Assembly (NCBI GenBank): GCA_030700065.1
Contig: JAUYKH010000041.1
Location: 4,659-68,658, forward strand
From: a bacterium
GTDB taxonomy: Bacteria > Patescibacteriota > Doudnabacteria > UBA920 > 2-01-FULL-46-14
Length of the DNA stretch: 64,000 bases
Direction: 5' to 3'
Both the position numbers and the translations under genes were made by a program. Every line of letters begins with the position of its first letter. Within the stretch, counting starts at the first letter, position 1. Positions 38,846 through 47,995 of this stretch are shown here, in pieces. A model generated the notes under the pieces. It saw only the letters and a list, made by a program, of their open reading frames with translations, had not been told where the DNA came from and did no database searches.

Positions 38846-41092
38846 ATGATCACAGCTTTTGAAACAAATATTGGGTACAAATTTCTACGCGTGATTTTAT
38901 ACGCGCTCCTTTTGACGCCTTTATGGATTTGGAGCGGTTTTTTGTTTCCTTTTATTACGACCAAAGCTTTATACTTCCGCCTGTTGGTGGAACTGGCGCT
39001 AATAATTTATATTCCACTCGCCTTGAAATATCCCCAGCTTAGGCCACGCTGGAATTGGCTCACCGGCAGCGTTTGGATTTATATAGGCGCAATTTTTTTT
39101 ACCAGCCTTGTTGGGCTTGATTTCAATCATAGTTTTTGGGGGACAGTCGAGCGCGGTGAAGGCATTATCACGCTGCTTCACTTTGCCGCCTATTTTACGA
39201 TTCTGCCCACGGTTTTTCGGACCACCACCGATTGGTATCGTTATCTATTTTCTGCTGTGCTGGTCACACTGGCCGTGGCCGTCTATGGGCTGGCTCAATT
39301 GCTGAATCTTCCCTTTACCGTTGAAACTGGAGGGGGGACGAGAATTTCCGGCACCATCGGCAACGCCGCTTTTTTTGCCGCTTTTCTTGTTTTTGGCATC
39401 TTTCTGTCGCTTTATTTGCTCAAACTGACCCCGTCGGGCGGCAAACGGTTGTTTTTGAAGTCAATATTCGTTTTCGAGTTAATTATGCTTTTTCAGTCGC
39501 AAACTCGGGGAGCCCTGGTGGGCATAGCAGTGGCTTTTGTTCTATACTTCGCTGTCAATTTTTTCCTTATCCATGGTAAGCGAGCGAGAATTATTCACGC
39601 CAGTCTGTTGGCCCTGCTGATTTTAGGCTCTGTTTTGATCTATACAAATCGAGGTAGCGAATGGGTAAAGGGAAATGCTACTTTGCGCCGCATGGCAACT
39701 ATTTCTTTAAGCGATGTTACCACCCAGTCTCGCCTGGACACCTGGAGCGCGTCCTGGAAAGGGTGGAAAGAGAGATTTTGGGGCGGGTATGGCTACGAGA
39801 ATTACGATATAGCTTTCAACAAACATTTTCCGGCTAGAATTTTCAAGGATCAAGGCAGCCAAATTTGGTTTGACCGGGCGCATAACGTCGTCCTGGATAT
39901 CGGCGTTACTTCAGGAATTTTCGGACTCCTGGCCTATTTGGGGATTTTTGGCGTGGCCGTCGCGGGCCTTTATCGCCTTTTTCGATTAAAGGCGGAAGAA
40001 GTGAAACCCCAGCAGAGCGTAATTTTAGCCCTTCTGCTTCTGGCTTACTTTCTGCAAAATTTATTTCTATTCGATACCCACGCCACTTATCTAATGTTTT
40101 TTGTCGCGCTGGCACACGTCGTATTTTTACAGGAAAAATATTTTTTTGCTGAAGATACGCGAATAATTCCAGCAGACAACCGCCGGTTTGTGGTCGCGGC
40201 CGGGTCTATCTTTGGCTTAGCCATACTTGTCGGAGCATATTTCATCAATCTAAAACCCGCAATGGCGAATATTGCCTCAATCAAGGCCATCACCGCCTCA
40301 AGGACCGGCAATTTCGAGCAGGCGAAAGTGTTATTCGAGCAATCACTTTCTTACGGCACATATATGGACCAGGAGATCAGAGAGAGGCTGGTTGATTATC
40401 TGCAAATAACCATTGGCTCGAACAGATCTCAAGAAGAAAAACAAGAAATTTATCAGTTCGTTTTGCAGGAGCTCAAAAAAAGCATTGAGGAGTCGCCGCA
40501 CGACGCCAAAAATTATCTATATTTGATCACTGTTTTAAACCGTTACTCTTCGCAGGTGCCCGCCAATTATGATCGGGTGATGGCGTTGGGTGAAAAAGCC
40601 CTTGAGCTTTCGCCGACCCGCCCGCAAATTTATTTTGAATTAGGATGGTCGTCATTGGCCCAGCATTATTATGATACGGGACTGGGATATTTCCTTACTG
40701 CGATTGACCTAAATCCCTATCCAAAGGAGTCACATTTGAATTTTATAACCGCTGCAATTATTGCCGGCCGCGAGGATCTGGCCGAACAACAAAAAGAAGT
40801 TTTAACCCAAAAAATCGGATACCCGTTGACTGCTGTTGATTATGATGCAATTGGTAAAGCCTACATTGCAGCGAAAAATTACACAAAAGCCGCCGAGAGC
40901 TACGGCGAAGCTACGGCTCTGGATCCTGCGAATTTTGAATATTTGGTGAGGTTGGCTGCCATTTACGGCGAGCTATGCGAACAAGAAAAAGCCGCTTCCG
41001 CGGTCTACAAGGCCATTGATTTGAACCAATCTTTCATCAAGGAGGGGAGAAATTTCTTGACCCAGGTCGAAAACAAATGCGACAAGCAGTAG
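38846..41092 (+). CDS. O-antigen ligase/Wzy_C family membrane protein with C-terminal TPRs, candidate oligosaccharyltransferase
   Basis: Many TM helices, GTIGN, TRGA, GYGYENY, DRAHN, TPR-like tail; TATAAT 7 nt before ATG 38846. Confidence 0.85.
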   Translation: MITAFETNIGYKFLRVILYALLLTPLWIWSGFLFPFITTKALYFRLLVELALIIYIPLALKYPQLRPRWNWLTGSVWIYIGAIFFTSLVGLDFNHSFWGTVERGEGIITLLHFAAYFTILPTVFRTTTDWYRYLFSAVLVTLAVAVYGLAQLLNLPFTVETGGGTRISGTIGNAAFFAAFLVFGIFLSLYLLKLTPSGGKRLFLKSIFVFELIMLFQSQTRGALVGIAVAFVLYFAVNFFLIHGKRARIIHASLLALLILGSVLIYTNRGSEWVKGNATLRRMATISLSDVTTQSRLDTWSASWKGWKERFWGGYGYENYDIAFNKHFPARIFKDQGSQIWFDRAHNVVLDIGVTSGIFGLLAYLGIFGVAVAGLYRLFRLKAEEVKPQQSVILALLLLAYFLQNLFLFDTHATYLMFFVALAHVVFLQEKYFFAEDTRIIPADNRRFVVAAGSIFGLAILVGAYFINLKPAMANIASIKAITASRTGNFEQAKVLFEQSLSYGTYMDQEIRERLVDYLQITIGSNRSQEEKQEIYQFVLQELKKSIEESPHDAKNYLYLITVLNRYSSQVPANYDRVMALGEKALELSPTRPQIYFELGWSSLAQHYYDTGLGYFLTAIDLNPYPKESHLNFITAAIIAGREDLAEQQKEVLTQKIGYPLTAVDYDAIGKAYIAAKNYTKAAESYGEATALDPANFEYLVRLAAIYGELCEQEKAASAVYKAIDLNQSFIKEGRNFLTQVENKCDKQ

Positions 41093-41095
41093 GAG

Positions 41096-42472
41096 TCACT
41101 GCCCCTTGCCGGAGAGAATGATGTTGATGGTTTTTAGTATTATGCCGATGTCCAGGGCGAAGGAACGGTTCTTGACGTAAAATAAATCATACTGCAATTT
41201 TTTAAAAGCGTCTTTGGCTGACGCGCCGTACTGGAAATTGATCTGGGCCCAACCGGTGAGACCCGGTTTGACCAAATGCCGCTCGTTGTAGAAGGGGATG
41301 ATTGTAAGCAAATCCTTCACTAATTCCGGCCGCTCGGGTCGAGGTCCCACAAGCGTCATCTCGCCCCGCAGAATATTCCAAAATTGAGGAATTTCATCAA
41401 GCCGCATCTTCCGCAGCATTCGCCCGATTTTTGTTACCCGGGGATCATTATTGGTTGCCCACTGCGGTTTTCCGTCTTTTTCCGCGTCTGCGATCATGCT
41501 CCGAAATTTTATGGCCACAAATCGGCGACTAAGGTGGCCGGTTCGCAGCTGTTTGAAAAAAATCCCCCCCCCATCATTAAATTTGATCAGTAGAACAATC
41601 AGGGGGAACAACGGCAGAGAAGCAACCAGCGCGAGAGACGCAAACAATATGTCAAACAATCTTTTGAAAAATTCATAGACGTCTTTTTCGCTTTCAACCA
41701 GATTTTCCAGAAACCAAATATGGCCGATGGTGGTAACAGGGATTTTGCCGGTTAATTTTTCATAAAAAGCAGGCAAGTCACGGAACTCGAGCCGAAGCGA
41801 GAGGCTTTCGTACAGCTGTTCCACGAATTTTGGAGCGGATCGCGGGTCCAGGGCCGTGACTACTGTACCGATATGGTGTTCCCGCAGAAGTTTTTTTAGA
41901 TCGCCGAAGCCGTTGTAGATGATAATGCCGGGAAAATCATTTTGATCCAGGTAGCCGTCGTGTATTATCGCGGCAATTCGGTAGCCAAGCTGCGGTTTTT
42001 GGTTGATTTCATTGATCAGCTCTTTGGCCTCATCGTTTATCCCCAAAACCAAAACCTTGCGCAGGTGGGTCGGCCGCGAAACAAAACCGTTGTACCAATA
42101 GCGCCACAAGGAGAACAGCACGGTATAAACCGCGATGAAAACAAAAAAGACGGTTTGCGGCTTGATGTCGAAAAGTTTGTCGGTGAGCAGGTAAAAATAG
42201 GCGGTTGCCAAACCATAGTTGATCAGCAGCACCGCGATGATTCGGTTGTAAAAACCAATGTCATTGCGACTCGTTACGATGTCATAAAGCCCGCTGATAT
42301 AAAAAACCAGAAGCCAAACAGCAAACAAGACAGTAAACGGCGAGAGGTTTTGGAGCCAATTGTCTCGACTGGGCAATTCCCAATAGCGGATGAGCAGGGT
42401 CAGCCATAACGCGGAAAACAGCAGCAAGATATCCCCCGCGACGAGCATTATTTTTTTGAACCGATTAGGCAT
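41096..42472 (-). CDS. Polyprenyl-phosphate sugar-1-P transferase (WbaP/WcaJ family)
   Basis: KRLFDI, KFRSM, DPRVT, RLDEIPQ, VGPRPE, KPGLTGWAQI, YDLFY; start moved to ATG 42472 after TGcTATAAT. Confidence 0.95.
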   Translation of the reverse strand: MPNRFKKIMLVAGDILLLFSALWLTLLIRYWELPSRDNWLQNLSPFTVLFAVWLLVFYISGLYDIVTSRNDIGFYNRIIAVLLINYGLATAYFYLLTDKLFDIKPQTVFFVFIAVYTVLFSLWRYWYNGFVSRPTHLRKVLVLGINDEAKELINEINQKPQLGYRIAAIIHDGYLDQNDFPGIIIYNGFGDLKKLLREHHIGTVVTALDPRSAPKFVEQLYESLSLRLEFRDLPAFYEKLTGKIPVTTIGHIWFLENLVESEKDVYEFFKRLFDILFASLALVASLPLFPLIVLLIKFNDGGGIFFKQLRTGHLSRRFVAIKFRSMIADAEKDGKPQWATNNDPRVTKIGRMLRKMRLDEIPQFWNILRGEMTLVGPRPERPELVKDLLTIIPFYNERHLVKPGLTGWAQINFQYGASAKDAFKKLQYDLFYVKNRSFALDIGIILKTINIILSGKGQ

Positions 42473-42558
42473 TATGCAGGGGATTATAGCAAAAATCCGG
42501 CATATTGCATAGATTTTGGAATTTGAAAAAAAGTCCAAAAAATGATATAATATTAATA

Positions 42559-42627
42559 ATCCGAATCCACTAATGTATCCGAATGCCCCTAATGATTCGG
42601 AGCATTAGGATGGATTCGTAGATTGGG
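42559..42627. repeat. Direct plus inverted short repeats in the divergent intergenic region
   Basis: ATCCGAAT..CTAATG twice, then mirrored ATTCGGA/CATTAG/ATTCGTA. Confidence 0.65.
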
Positions 42628-42652
42628 ATTATATAATAGAAACAAAACTAAA

Positions 42653-44407
42653 ATGGCGTTGGCATCAACAGATCTGAAAAAAATATTGGTCGACCAAAAA
42701 GTTATTCAAGCGGAGGATTTTGAAAAATTGGAAAAAGAGGCGAAGGATAAGAAACAAACCGTCGCCAATTATTTGGTGTTCCGCAAAATCATCCCCGAGG
42801 ATCGCCTGGCCAAATTGGTGAGTGATTTTTTGGATGTCCCGGCGATTGATCTCACAAGCTCGGAAATTCCCCAAGACGTGCTCAAGGTCATTCCCGAGCC
42901 GATTGCCCGCCGTCATCAGGTCGTGGCTTTCAAGAAGAAAGGCAACGAACTCGATTTGGCGATGACTGACCCGGAGGATTTGCAGACGAGAGAATTCGTG
43001 AAAAAGAAAACCGGATTTGTCATCAAGCCCTTTTTGGCGACCAAAACCAGTATGGATTACGCGTTGTCGCAATACCACGGCAATTTGAAGGCGGAATTTG
43101 AGAATATCCTGACATCCAAAAAAGAAGGCAAGGGAGGCAGCGTCAAGACTGGGGAAACCGAAGGGGCGGATCTGGCAAAAATGGCGGAAGAGATCCCTGT
43201 CGTCAGAGTGGTTGACACACTCTTGGAGTACTCGATTTTTGAGGGGGCGTCGGATATTCATATCGAACCGCAGGAAAAAGAGGTGATGGTCCGTTATCGC
43301 ATTGATGGAATATTACACGACGCAATGACTCTGCCGAAGGTCATTCAACTCGCGGTCGTGGCGAGGATCAAAGTGCTTTCCAATTTGAAAATTGACGAAC
43401 ACCGCCTGCCCCAGGACGGCAGATTCAAACTGCAGACCGATGAGTATAACATTTCGTTTCGCGTCTCAACTATTCCGATCTTCGACGGAGAGAAGGTGGT
43501 GTTGCGGCTCCTGGACGAGGGGGCAAAGGCCCTGACATTCGAAGAACTCGGGTTTGCCCGGACTTCCCTTGAGGTAATCAAAAGGAATTTGGGCCGCCCC
43601 CACGGAATGACTCTCATTACTGGTCCGACCGGCTCTGGAAAATCAACAACCTTGTACACGATATTGACGAAGTTAAACGTCAAAGGTGTCAATATCAGCA
43701 CGATCGAGGACCCGATTGAATATCGTATTCCGTTCATAAACCAAATGCAGGTGAACCCCAAAATCGGACTTACTTTCGCGGTCGGTCTTCGCGCGCTTTT
43801 GCGGCAGGACCCGAATATTATAATGATCGGTGAAATTCGGGATTTAGAGACATCGGAGGAAGCCATCCATGCGGCAATGACCGGGCACATTGTGCTCTCC
43901 ACATTGCATACGAACAATGCGGCCGGTGCCATTCCCCGCCTGCTGGACATGGGGGTGGAACCTTACCTGATCGCTTCCACTCTGAATACCGTCATCGGCC
44001 AGCGTTTGGTCAGGAAGATTTGTGAGCATTGCAAAAAGTCAGTTTTGCTTTCCGAAAAAGAGGCGAAGAGTTTGTCGCAGGATTTTGACCTGGAAAATCT
44101 TTTGGAAGTGATGAAGCGGGAACAGGTTTTGGACAAGAAGCTCAAGCATATTGAAGACGTGGAATTTTTTGAGGGGGAAGGCTGCGAGAAATGCGGCCGC
44201 ACGGGGTATAAAGGCCGGATGGGCATCTATGAGACTTTGGATATTACTGAAAATATCGCGAAATTGATCATGGGCAGGATGACCACCGCTCAAATACAGG
44301 GGCAGGGCGTCAATGAAGGAATGGTGTTGATGTGGCAGGACGGGTTTATCAAGGCTCATACCGGACTGACTACGATTTCCGAAGTTTTAAGAGTCAGCAA
44401 GGAGTAA
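42653..44407 (+). CDS. pilB: Type IV pilus assembly ATPase
   Basis: ASDIHIEP, RYRIDG, LPQDGR, GPTGSGKST, EDPIEY, LRQDP, GEIRD, CxxC...CxxC. Confidence 0.95.
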   Translation: MALASTDLKKILVDQKVIQAEDFEKLEKEAKDKKQTVANYLVFRKIIPEDRLAKLVSDFLDVPAIDLTSSEIPQDVLKVIPEPIARRHQVVAFKKKGNELDLAMTDPEDLQTREFVKKKTGFVIKPFLATKTSMDYALSQYHGNLKAEFENILTSKKEGKGGSVKTGETEGADLAKMAEEIPVVRVVDTLLEYSIFEGASDIHIEPQEKEVMVRYRIDGILHDAMTLPKVIQLAVVARIKVLSNLKIDEHRLPQDGRFKLQTDEYNISFRVSTIPIFDGEKVVLRLLDEGAKALTFEELGFARTSLEVIKRNLGRPHGMTLITGPTGSGKSTTLYTILTKLNVKGVNISTIEDPIEYRIPFINQMQVNPKIGLTFAVGLRALLRQDPNIIMIGEIRDLETSEEAIHAAMTGHIVLSTLHTNNAAGAIPRLLDMGVEPYLIASTLNTVIGQRLVRKICEHCKKSVLLSEKEAKSLSQDFDLENLLEVMKREQVLDKKLKHIEDVEFFEGEGCEKCGRTGYKGRMGIYETLDITENIAKLIMGRMTTAQIQGQGVNEGMVLMWQDGFIKAHTGLTTISEVLRVSKE

Positions 44408-44411
44408 CTAC

Positions 44412-45626
44412 ATTCCAGAATTTACTTACACCGCAAAAGACAGGGATGGGAAAACAGTAACCGATACGATTCAATCGGCTTCACGAGAATTATTGGGCCA
44501 AACTTTGAGAACCCAGGGACTTTTACCGACTTCTATTCGGGAAAAAGGGACTCGCGTGTCCCCCATCAGTTTTTTGAAGAATTTTTTAGGACACGTCTCC
44601 CTGCTGGAAAAATTAACTTTCATAAACAATTTGGCCGTGACAATAAGGGCGGGGTTGCCCGTATCGAAAGCGCTCAATGTATTGACCAAGCAGATGCCGA
44701 ACCATTATTTTCGAAAGATCATCGGGGAGATTGCGCATAATGTGGAGGAAGGCAAGACACTTTCGGAAAGCATGGCTCCTTACAAAAATGTCTTTACTCC
44801 GATAGTGGTGAATATGGTCAAGGTGGGGGAGGAAAGCGGCGAGTTGGATAAAACGCTCGAGTATCTCGGCAAACAGGTGGCCAGGGATTACAACCTCATC
44901 CGGAGGACGAGAAGCGCCTTGATTTATCCCGCGGTAGTTGGAGTTGCGCTTGTTGTCATCGGCTACATTATGTTTGCCTTTGTCTTGCCGAAATTGACCG
45001 CCACTTTTAAGGCGTTTGACACTGATTTACCCTTTTTGACAGTGACCATCATCAAGATAGTGGATATTGTTTCGCATTATTCAATTTTGATTTTGGTAAT
45101 GGCGGTAGGGGCGGTTTTTGCGTTTTTGTACTGGCGCAAAACTTCGAACGGGCGTATTATACTGCACCGCATCGTCTTTGCCATCCCAATCGTTAGGATA
45201 TTGGTCAAGAAAATAAATATGGCGCGTTTTACTATCATCTTCAGCGGCCTGATGCGTTCGGGAATGCCAATCGTGGAAGCCCTTCGCATCACCGCGAATA
45301 CCATGACCAATTTGTACTACCAGAGAGCCTTGTCTGACGTATCCGAAAAAGTGAAGGTCGGGGTGGATCTCGTCGTTGCTTTGGAAAAATACCCGAAACT
45401 ATTCACGCCGATGGTTACCGAGATGATTCAGGTCGGAGAGGAGTCCGGCACTATGGAAAAAGTCCTGGGAGAAGTCGCCAACTTTTATGAAGCGGACATT
45501 GATGATACCATGAAAAATTTATCATCGATTGTTGAGCCGGTTTTGGTCATGGTTATCGGCGCGGTCGTGGGAGTCCTGGCCGTCGGACTTATCTTGCCGA
45601 TTTATAGCATTGGGCAGAACATATGA
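44412..45626 (+). CDS. pilC: Type IV pilus platform protein (T2SS-F family), apparent ATT start
   Basis: Two VGEESG motifs and the EP motif; frame open from ATT 44412 (xPEFTYTAKD..G), 7 nt after AAGGAG. Confidence 0.9.
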   Translation: MPEFTYTAKDRDGKTVTDTIQSASRELLGQTLRTQGLLPTSIREKGTRVSPISFLKNFLGHVSLLEKLTFINNLAVTIRAGLPVSKALNVLTKQMPNHYFRKIIGEIAHNVEEGKTLSESMAPYKNVFTPIVVNMVKVGEESGELDKTLEYLGKQVARDYNLIRRTRSALIYPAVVGVALVVIGYIMFAFVLPKLTATFKAFDTDLPFLTVTIIKIVDIVSHYSILILVMAVGAVFAFLYWRKTSNGRIILHRIVFAIPIVRILVKKINMARFTIIFSGLMRSGMPIVEALRITANTMTNLYYQRALSDVSEKVKVGVDLVVALEKYPKLFTPMVTEMIQVGEESGTMEKVLGEVANFYEADIDDTMKNLSSIVEPVLVMVIGAVVGVLAVGLILPIYSIGQNI

Positions 45627-46006
45627 AAAAAAACGGGTTCACAATCATCGAGACAACGATTGCCTTGCTTCTGGTCATGGTGACTATAACTATCTTTGGG
45701 GTCGCACTATCGAGTTTGCCTTTAACGAGAACTGCGCGCAATCAGAACATTGCCTATCACATCGCGGTAAAAAAAATGGAAGAGCTCCGGGATACGCAAT
45801 TTGCGTCTCTGCCCGCAAACTCGACCTTTGCGGACCCCGGACTTGCCAATTTAAGTAACCCCTCCGCAGACTTTACTATTGAAGACTACGCGGGAAGCAG
45901 TCAGATAAAGACAGCGACTGTGACGGTGCAGTGGCAGGAAGAAAGCCATACCCGTGAGGTTGTTTTGGAAACATTGATGAGCGATCATGGCTTGAATAGA
46001 CCATGA
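45623..46006 (+). CDS. Minor type IV pilin (PilV-like)
   Basis: MKKNG/FTIIE prepilin site followed by a hydrophobic helix. Confidence 0.85.
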   Translation: MKKNGFTIIETTIALLLVMVTITIFGVALSSLPLTRTARNQNIAYHIAVKKMEELRDTQFASLPANSTFADPGLANLSNPSADFTIEDYAGSSQIKTATVTVQWQEESHTREVVLETLMSDHGLNRP

Positions 46007-46641
46007 AGGAGGGGGTTTACCCAGCACCACTTTTGTATATTATGTTTATTTTTTATAAAAAAAGAATAGGATTATTTATAAAAAGTGGTGTTGGGTTTAC
46101 GTTGGCGGAGATCCTGGTCGTGATTGCGCTTTTAGTCATTCTGATCACAATCGGCGTGCAAATTTTTCTTTATAATAACCGGTTCTACGAAAATCAGGCC
46201 GGAGAGATATTTTCAATCACCGCGACCCGCGAAACGGCGGACCGAATAAATGAGTACGCTCGCGCGGCCGTGGCTTTGGAAAACACACATCTCTACGGTT
46301 CAACAACCTACGCGACGGACGCGCAAACCGTGATCTTCAGAATTCCCGGAATAGACGCGGCCGGCCAGACAATCAGCGGAGTTTATGACTACGCGATTAT
46401 GGGACCCAACCCTTCCGATACAAAGCGCTTGGAATTGATCGTTGATTCGCCTGATCCGGCGAGCGTGCGCGAGCCGCGCCTCCTACTTCTGACCGACAAG
46501 CTGACGAGCATTGCTTTTACTTATGACAATGCCGACCCCGCCCTGGTAAGAAAAGTGGATTACGAGATTATCGTTACGCACACGGGCCGAACCCCGGCTT
46601 CGGAGCAGATTTTCGGGTCGGCAACTTTAAGAAATAAATAA
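46003..46641 (+). CDS. Minor type IV pilin (PilW-like); start at 46003 or 46042
   Basis: G/FTLAE prepilin site at 46093 followed by a hydrophobic helix. Confidence 0.8.
   Translation: MKEGVYPAPLLYIMFIFYKKRIGLFIKSGVGFTLAEILVVIALLVILITIGVQIFLYNNRFYENQAGEIFSITATRETADRINEYARAAVALENTHLYGSTTYATDAQTVIFRIPGIDAAGQTISGVYDYAIMGPNPSDTKRLELIVDSPDPASVREPRLLLLTDKLTSIAFTYDNADPALVRKVDYEIIVTHTGRTPASEQIFGSATLRNK
46013..46100. repeat. Palindromic element bounded by GGGTTTAC direct repeats
   Basis: Inverted repeat cccagcaccactttt 46020-46034 / aaaagtggtgttggg 46081-46095; GGGTTTAC at 46013 and 46093. Confidence 0.8.
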
Positions 46642-46645
46642 TAAT

Positions 46646-47995
46646 ATGAAACAAAAAAATCAAACCGGCCAAGCCTTAATCATTTCCGTATTGTTTTTGG
46701 TAGTCGTGCTGGTATTGGTCAGCAGTTTGCTGGATTTCGTGGGGTTGAACGTTCGCGGCACAAGAGGCGCGGTGGCAAGAGAGCAGGCGCTGCAGCTCGC
46801 CGAGGCCGGGATTGACAAGGCCGTCTGGCAGCTCAACCAGACAGCCGGGAGCTATATTGGGGAAACCGGCACGGCCCTGTCAACCGGAGTATTTGATGTC
46901 AATGTCGCGACCATCTCCGCTGTTTTGAGGGAGATCACCGCGACTGGCTACGTTCCGGATAAAATCAATACGATCGCAACCAAACAAATCAAGGTTCGGG
47001 CCACAATCGAAACCACGGGGGCAAGTTTTTTCTACGGGATTCAGGTAGGCGAGGGTGGCTTGGTGATGGGCAACAACACTTTTGTTGATGGAAACGTGTA
47101 CAGCAACGGCATCATTGACGGCGATAGCGGCGCGATTATCACGGGCGACGCTTTTTCTGCCGGCCCTTTGGGGCGCATTTTTGACCGATTACAAGTAAGC
47201 GGTCATGCCCATGCCAACCGGATTGATACAAATGTGACCATAGGAGGCAACGCTTATGGGCAAACCATGAACCAGGTTACTGTTGCCGGGAATGTCTATA
47301 CCAACTCGATGAGCAATTGCAGCGTCGATGGGGACGCTTTTTACACCACGCGTGTCTCCTGCACTGTTGGAGGGACTTCGAACACGCCATATTTGGGAGC
47401 GGCGGATCCGCCGATGGAGACCATGCCTCTCTCTGATGAGCAGATCGCGGAGTGGAAATCGCAGGCCGAGGCGGGCGGGACGATTATTGGGGATCTGAAT
47501 GTGCTGAATGGTTCTCAACAAAATTTGGGGCCCAAGAAAATTACTGGAAATATGCTTGTCGATAATAATGCGCGGTTGACAATCACCGGGAAAATCTGGG
47601 TTCAGGGCAATATCATATTTTCCAATAACGCGATTATTGAGCTTCATCCATCCTACGGCGACTTGAGCGAGGCCATTATTGCCGATGGTTTGGCAGACGT
47701 GGTAAATAACGTGGTGTTCCAGAGGGCCGGGCCGGCGAGTTATATCTTGATGGTCACAACTTCAGCCGATCTGAACGCTTTCGATATCAACAACAATGCC
47801 GACACGCTTATTGCGTACGCCGCGAATGGCGGAATTAATATCGCCAATAACGCCAACTTGCGCGAAGTGACGGGTTGGCGAGTGAATTTGGCGAATAATG
47901 CGTCAATCACTTACGAAACCGGACTGGCCAGCCTTTTATTCTCGTCCGGGCCAGGCGCGTCATGGACTATTCTGCGCGGGACATGGCGCGAATGA
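46646..47995 (+). CDS. PilX-like pilus protein with beta-helix-like C-terminus
   Basis: G/QALI N-terminus, AEAGI, ITATGY, Asn/Gly-rich repeats, terminal WRE. Confidence 0.75.
   Translation: MKQKNQTGQALIISVLFLVVVLVLVSSLLDFVGLNVRGTRGAVAREQALQLAEAGIDKAVWQLNQTAGSYIGETGTALSTGVFDVNVATISAVLREITATGYVPDKINTIATKQIKVRATIETTGASFFYGIQVGEGGLVMGNNTFVDGNVYSNGIIDGDSGAIITGDAFSAGPLGRIFDRLQVSGHAHANRIDTNVTIGGNAYGQTMNQVTVAGNVYTNSMSNCSVDGDAFYTTRVSCTVGGTSNTPYLGAADPPMETMPLSDEQIAEWKSQAEAGGTIIGDLNVLNGSQQNLGPKKITGNMLVDNNARLTITGKIWVQGNIIFSNNAIIELHPSYGDLSEAIIADGLADVVNNVVFQRAGPASYILMVTTSADLNAFDINNNADTLIAYAANGGINIANNANLREVTGWRVNLANNASITYETGLASLLFSSGPGASWTILRGTWRE

Noticed and set aside
36818-47995. Diversity-generating retroelement targets in surface or pilin genes
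   Set aside because: No reverse transcriptase and no adenine-variable repeat pair seen
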